Assembly: GCA_963834385.1 (NCBI GenBank)
Contig: CAWIBO010000005.1
Coordinates: 256,001-320,000 of the forward strand
DNA: 64,000 bases
Source: an uncultured Verrucomicrobiae bacterium
Lineage (GTDB): Bacteria > Verrucomicrobiota > Verrucomicrobiia > Chthoniobacterales > UBA10450
Direction: 5' to 3'
Part shown: positions 62,105 to 64,000 of the stretch, piece by piece
Position numbering within the stretch: position 1 is the stretch's first letter
Layout: every line of letters starts with the position of its first letter
Made by a program: the position numbers and the translations under genes
Notes under the pieces: model-generated
The model's input: the letters and a program-made list of their open reading frames with translations, nothing else
Database searches by the model: none
Told to the model about the DNA's origin: nothing

Positions 62105-63823
62105 CTAGGCTTTCACCTGCTGCACGACCTGGTCGACGAGAGCGTAGAGCTGTTGCGCATCGATCGGCTTCGTCAGATGGTGTCGGAAACCGGCCGCGGC
62201 GCTTCGGTTCACGTCGGCCTGCATGCCGTAGCCGCTCACCGCGATGCCGACGGGACCTGGCTCGGCGCGGAGCCCTTCCATGACCTCGTAACCGGTGCCA
62301 TCGGGCAAGCCAAGGTCGCTGATGACAACGTCAAAAGGGTTGCGGTGGCCGAGGTCGAGGGCATCCGCCTTGCCGTGGGCAAGGGAGACCCGATGGCCGC
62401 GCTGTTCCAGGAGGCGCGCCATGACCTTGGCGGTGGCGACGTGATCTTCAACCACCAGGATCCGGAGGTGGTCGGCCGATTCCCTCGCGGGAGGAAGAAC
62501 GTGATCATCGTTTGCGGTCTTTTGAAAAGTGGCCAGTTCCAGGGTGAAGGTGGCGCCTCGACCAAGACCCGCGCTGGCCGCGGAAAGGCGGCCTTCGTGC
62601 AAGGCTGTCAGAGCATTGGAAATGGCGAGGCCCAGCCCAAGCCCGCCGAACATGTGGTTGATGGACGAATCGCCCTGTTCAAAGGCATCGAAAATTCGGG
62701 GCAGCGCCTCGGGCGAGATGCCGATCCCGGTATCGGCGACCTGGAGACGGATTTGGCCGGGAGCAGGGTTGTCCGTGCGCAGAGTGATCTGACCGTCCGC
62801 GGGAGTAAACTTGACCGCGTTGCGGATGAGGTTCCACAGGACCTGCTGGATGCGGGCCGGGTCGGCGTGGATATGATGTTCCTCGGCCAGCATTTCCACC
62901 TTGATCTGAACGCAGGTGGCGGAGGGGTCCCCGTGGACGACATCGACCGCCTTCCGCACCAGGTCATGGGCATCGACGGCTTTTTTCTGCAGCTGCACTT
63001 TGCCATTGGCGACGCGGGTCAAGTCCAGCAGATCGTCGATCAAGTTGGCTTCCAGTTCCACGTTCCGTCGGATCATGGAAATATCAGCGCGAATCCCTTC
63101 GGGAAGTGTGGGATCGATCTCGAGCGCGCTGGCGGTCATCAGAACCGGGTTGAGCGGGGTGCGCAGTTCGTGGCTGAGGACGGCGAGGAAGCGGTCCTTG
63201 GCCGCGTTGGCCCGGTTGGCTTCGGCGAGGGCATGGCGCAGCTCGTCACGGGCGCGGTCGAGAGAGGCCGCCAGCAACTTGGCCTGGGTGGCGGAATGCC
63301 GGGCCAGAGTGGCGTGCGCCTCGGCGACGGCGGCCGTGCGTTCTCCGCGCAAAGCGGCCGCGATCAAGGGAAGGAGCAGGCCGATGTCGGTGGCAAGATC
63401 GATCTGGGACTCGCCTCCCAGCAGGACCAGGACGCTCCCGTCATCCGCGGCGAGCCCAGTCGCCTTGATCGGGCTTTCTTCGTCCGGATAGAACAGCTCT
63501 TCCTCATGGTAGGTTTCACGCTGACACCGCTCGAGGAAGGCCTGCCAAAGCTTTGTCCGGGGAAGAGTCTGCCGGAATCCGGGCGCGGGCAGGAGGAGAT
63601 CCAGCGCGGGATCGCGCAGGAAAATAAGGAGATGCTCCGCCCCGGCGTGCGCGGCCAGTTCCTCCGCCGCACGCCCACGTTCCGCCTTGTCGGTCAGGCC
63701 CGCGACCAGGGCCAGGAGGCGACCCTGCCGCTCCGCGCGGCGTTTAAGCCGGGAAGACGCAAACGACGGCGGTGCAATTGTGGAAGCCGTTGAATTGCCC
63801 GGCCGTTCTGGCGACTTGTCCAT
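62105..63823 (-). CDS. Hybrid sensor histidine kinase/response regulator; start uncertain
   Basis: LSHELRTPL, NAVKFT, GLGLGL, VEDH..SDLGLPD..KP. Confidence 0.9.
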   Translation of the reverse strand: MDKSPERPGNSTASTIAPPSFASSRLKRRAERQGRLLALVAGLTDKAERGRAAEELAAHAGAEHLLIFLRDPALDLLLPAPGFRQTLPRTKLWQAFLERCQRETYHEEELFYPDEESPIKATGLAADDGSVLVLLGGESQIDLATDIGLLLPLIAAALRGERTAAVAEAHATLARHSATQAKLLAASLDRARDELRHALAEANRANAAKDRFLAVLSHELRTPLNPVLMTASALEIDPTLPEGIRADISMIRRNVELEANLIDDLLDLTRVANGKVQLQKKAVDAHDLVRKAVDVVHGDPSATCVQIKVEMLAEEHHIHADPARIQQVLWNLIRNAVKFTPADGQITLRTDNPAPGQIRLQVADTGIGISPEALPRIFDAFEQGDSSINHMFGGLGLGLAISNALTALHEGRLSAASAGLGRGATFTLELATFQKTANDDHVLPPARESADHLRILVVEDHVATAKVMARLLEQRGHRVSLAHGKADALDLGHRNPFDVVISDLGLPDGTGYEVMEGLRAEPGPVGIAVSGYGMQADVNRSAAAGFRHHLTKPIDAQQLYALVDQVVQQVKA

Positions 63824-64000
63824 ACGTGTTGCATCCCGCGAACTGTATCGGTCCCAGCACCTCCTTCAGTGCTTCCAGTTCATTGCCAAATTCCCTGCCC
63901 ATACGCAATCGTGTTGCGACACAATCGAAAAACAGGGCCACGCCGGGCGGATGTCCGTGGAGCTGTTCCACTGCGGCGATCGTTGCCTTGCTCGCGGCTT
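63744..64000 (-). CDS. FIST C-terminal domain protein (partial, truncated by window)
   Basis: LFFDCVATR, FAGCNTYGQ, FHNCTAVV. Confidence 0.85.
   Translation of the reverse strand, partial: AASKATIAAVEQLHGHPPGVALFFDCVATRLRMGREFGNELEALKEVLGPIQFAGCNTYGQVARTAGQFNGFHNCTAVVCVFPA

Overview
GC-rich bacterial chromosome segment, probably Verrucomicrobiota (Chthoniobacterales/Spartobacteria-like). This is inferred from DUF5069-like and NISTRG-domain proteins and the overall gene repertoire. The first ~38 kb is mostly housekeeping and envelope genes: clpP-clpX-cinA, an L,D-transpeptidase next to a lysozyme-like hypothetical, FKBP, nadD-rsfS, nagZ, ychF, three tRNAs, pfkA, a PpiD/SurA-like chaperone, a TPR-DUF4331-HupE/UreJ operon, peptidases, an amidase, three DUF4440 paralogues, and a TPP riboswitch with thiC. 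From 38 to 64 kb the content is more accessory: gene relics, small secreted proteins, DNA repair, transporters, BLUF, ArsR-SRPBCC, an RsbQ + PAS hybrid kinase pair and a FIST + hybrid kinase pair. About ten genes carry single-base frameshifts, most likely long-read assembly errors. No transposase, integrase, prophage or CRISPR array was seen. The most unusual signals are: (1) intergenic mosaics of GTAG-REPs and several families of 6-9 bp short tandem repeats, some in inverted pairs; (2) a ~110 bp palindromic element sitting in frame inside thiC; (3) an orphan 58-aa double-glycine-leader peptide whose tail resembles T3SS needle proteins; (4) a hypothetical protein with T4-lysozyme-like motifs coupled to an L,D-transpeptidase. 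All family assignments come from motif recognition, not database searches.
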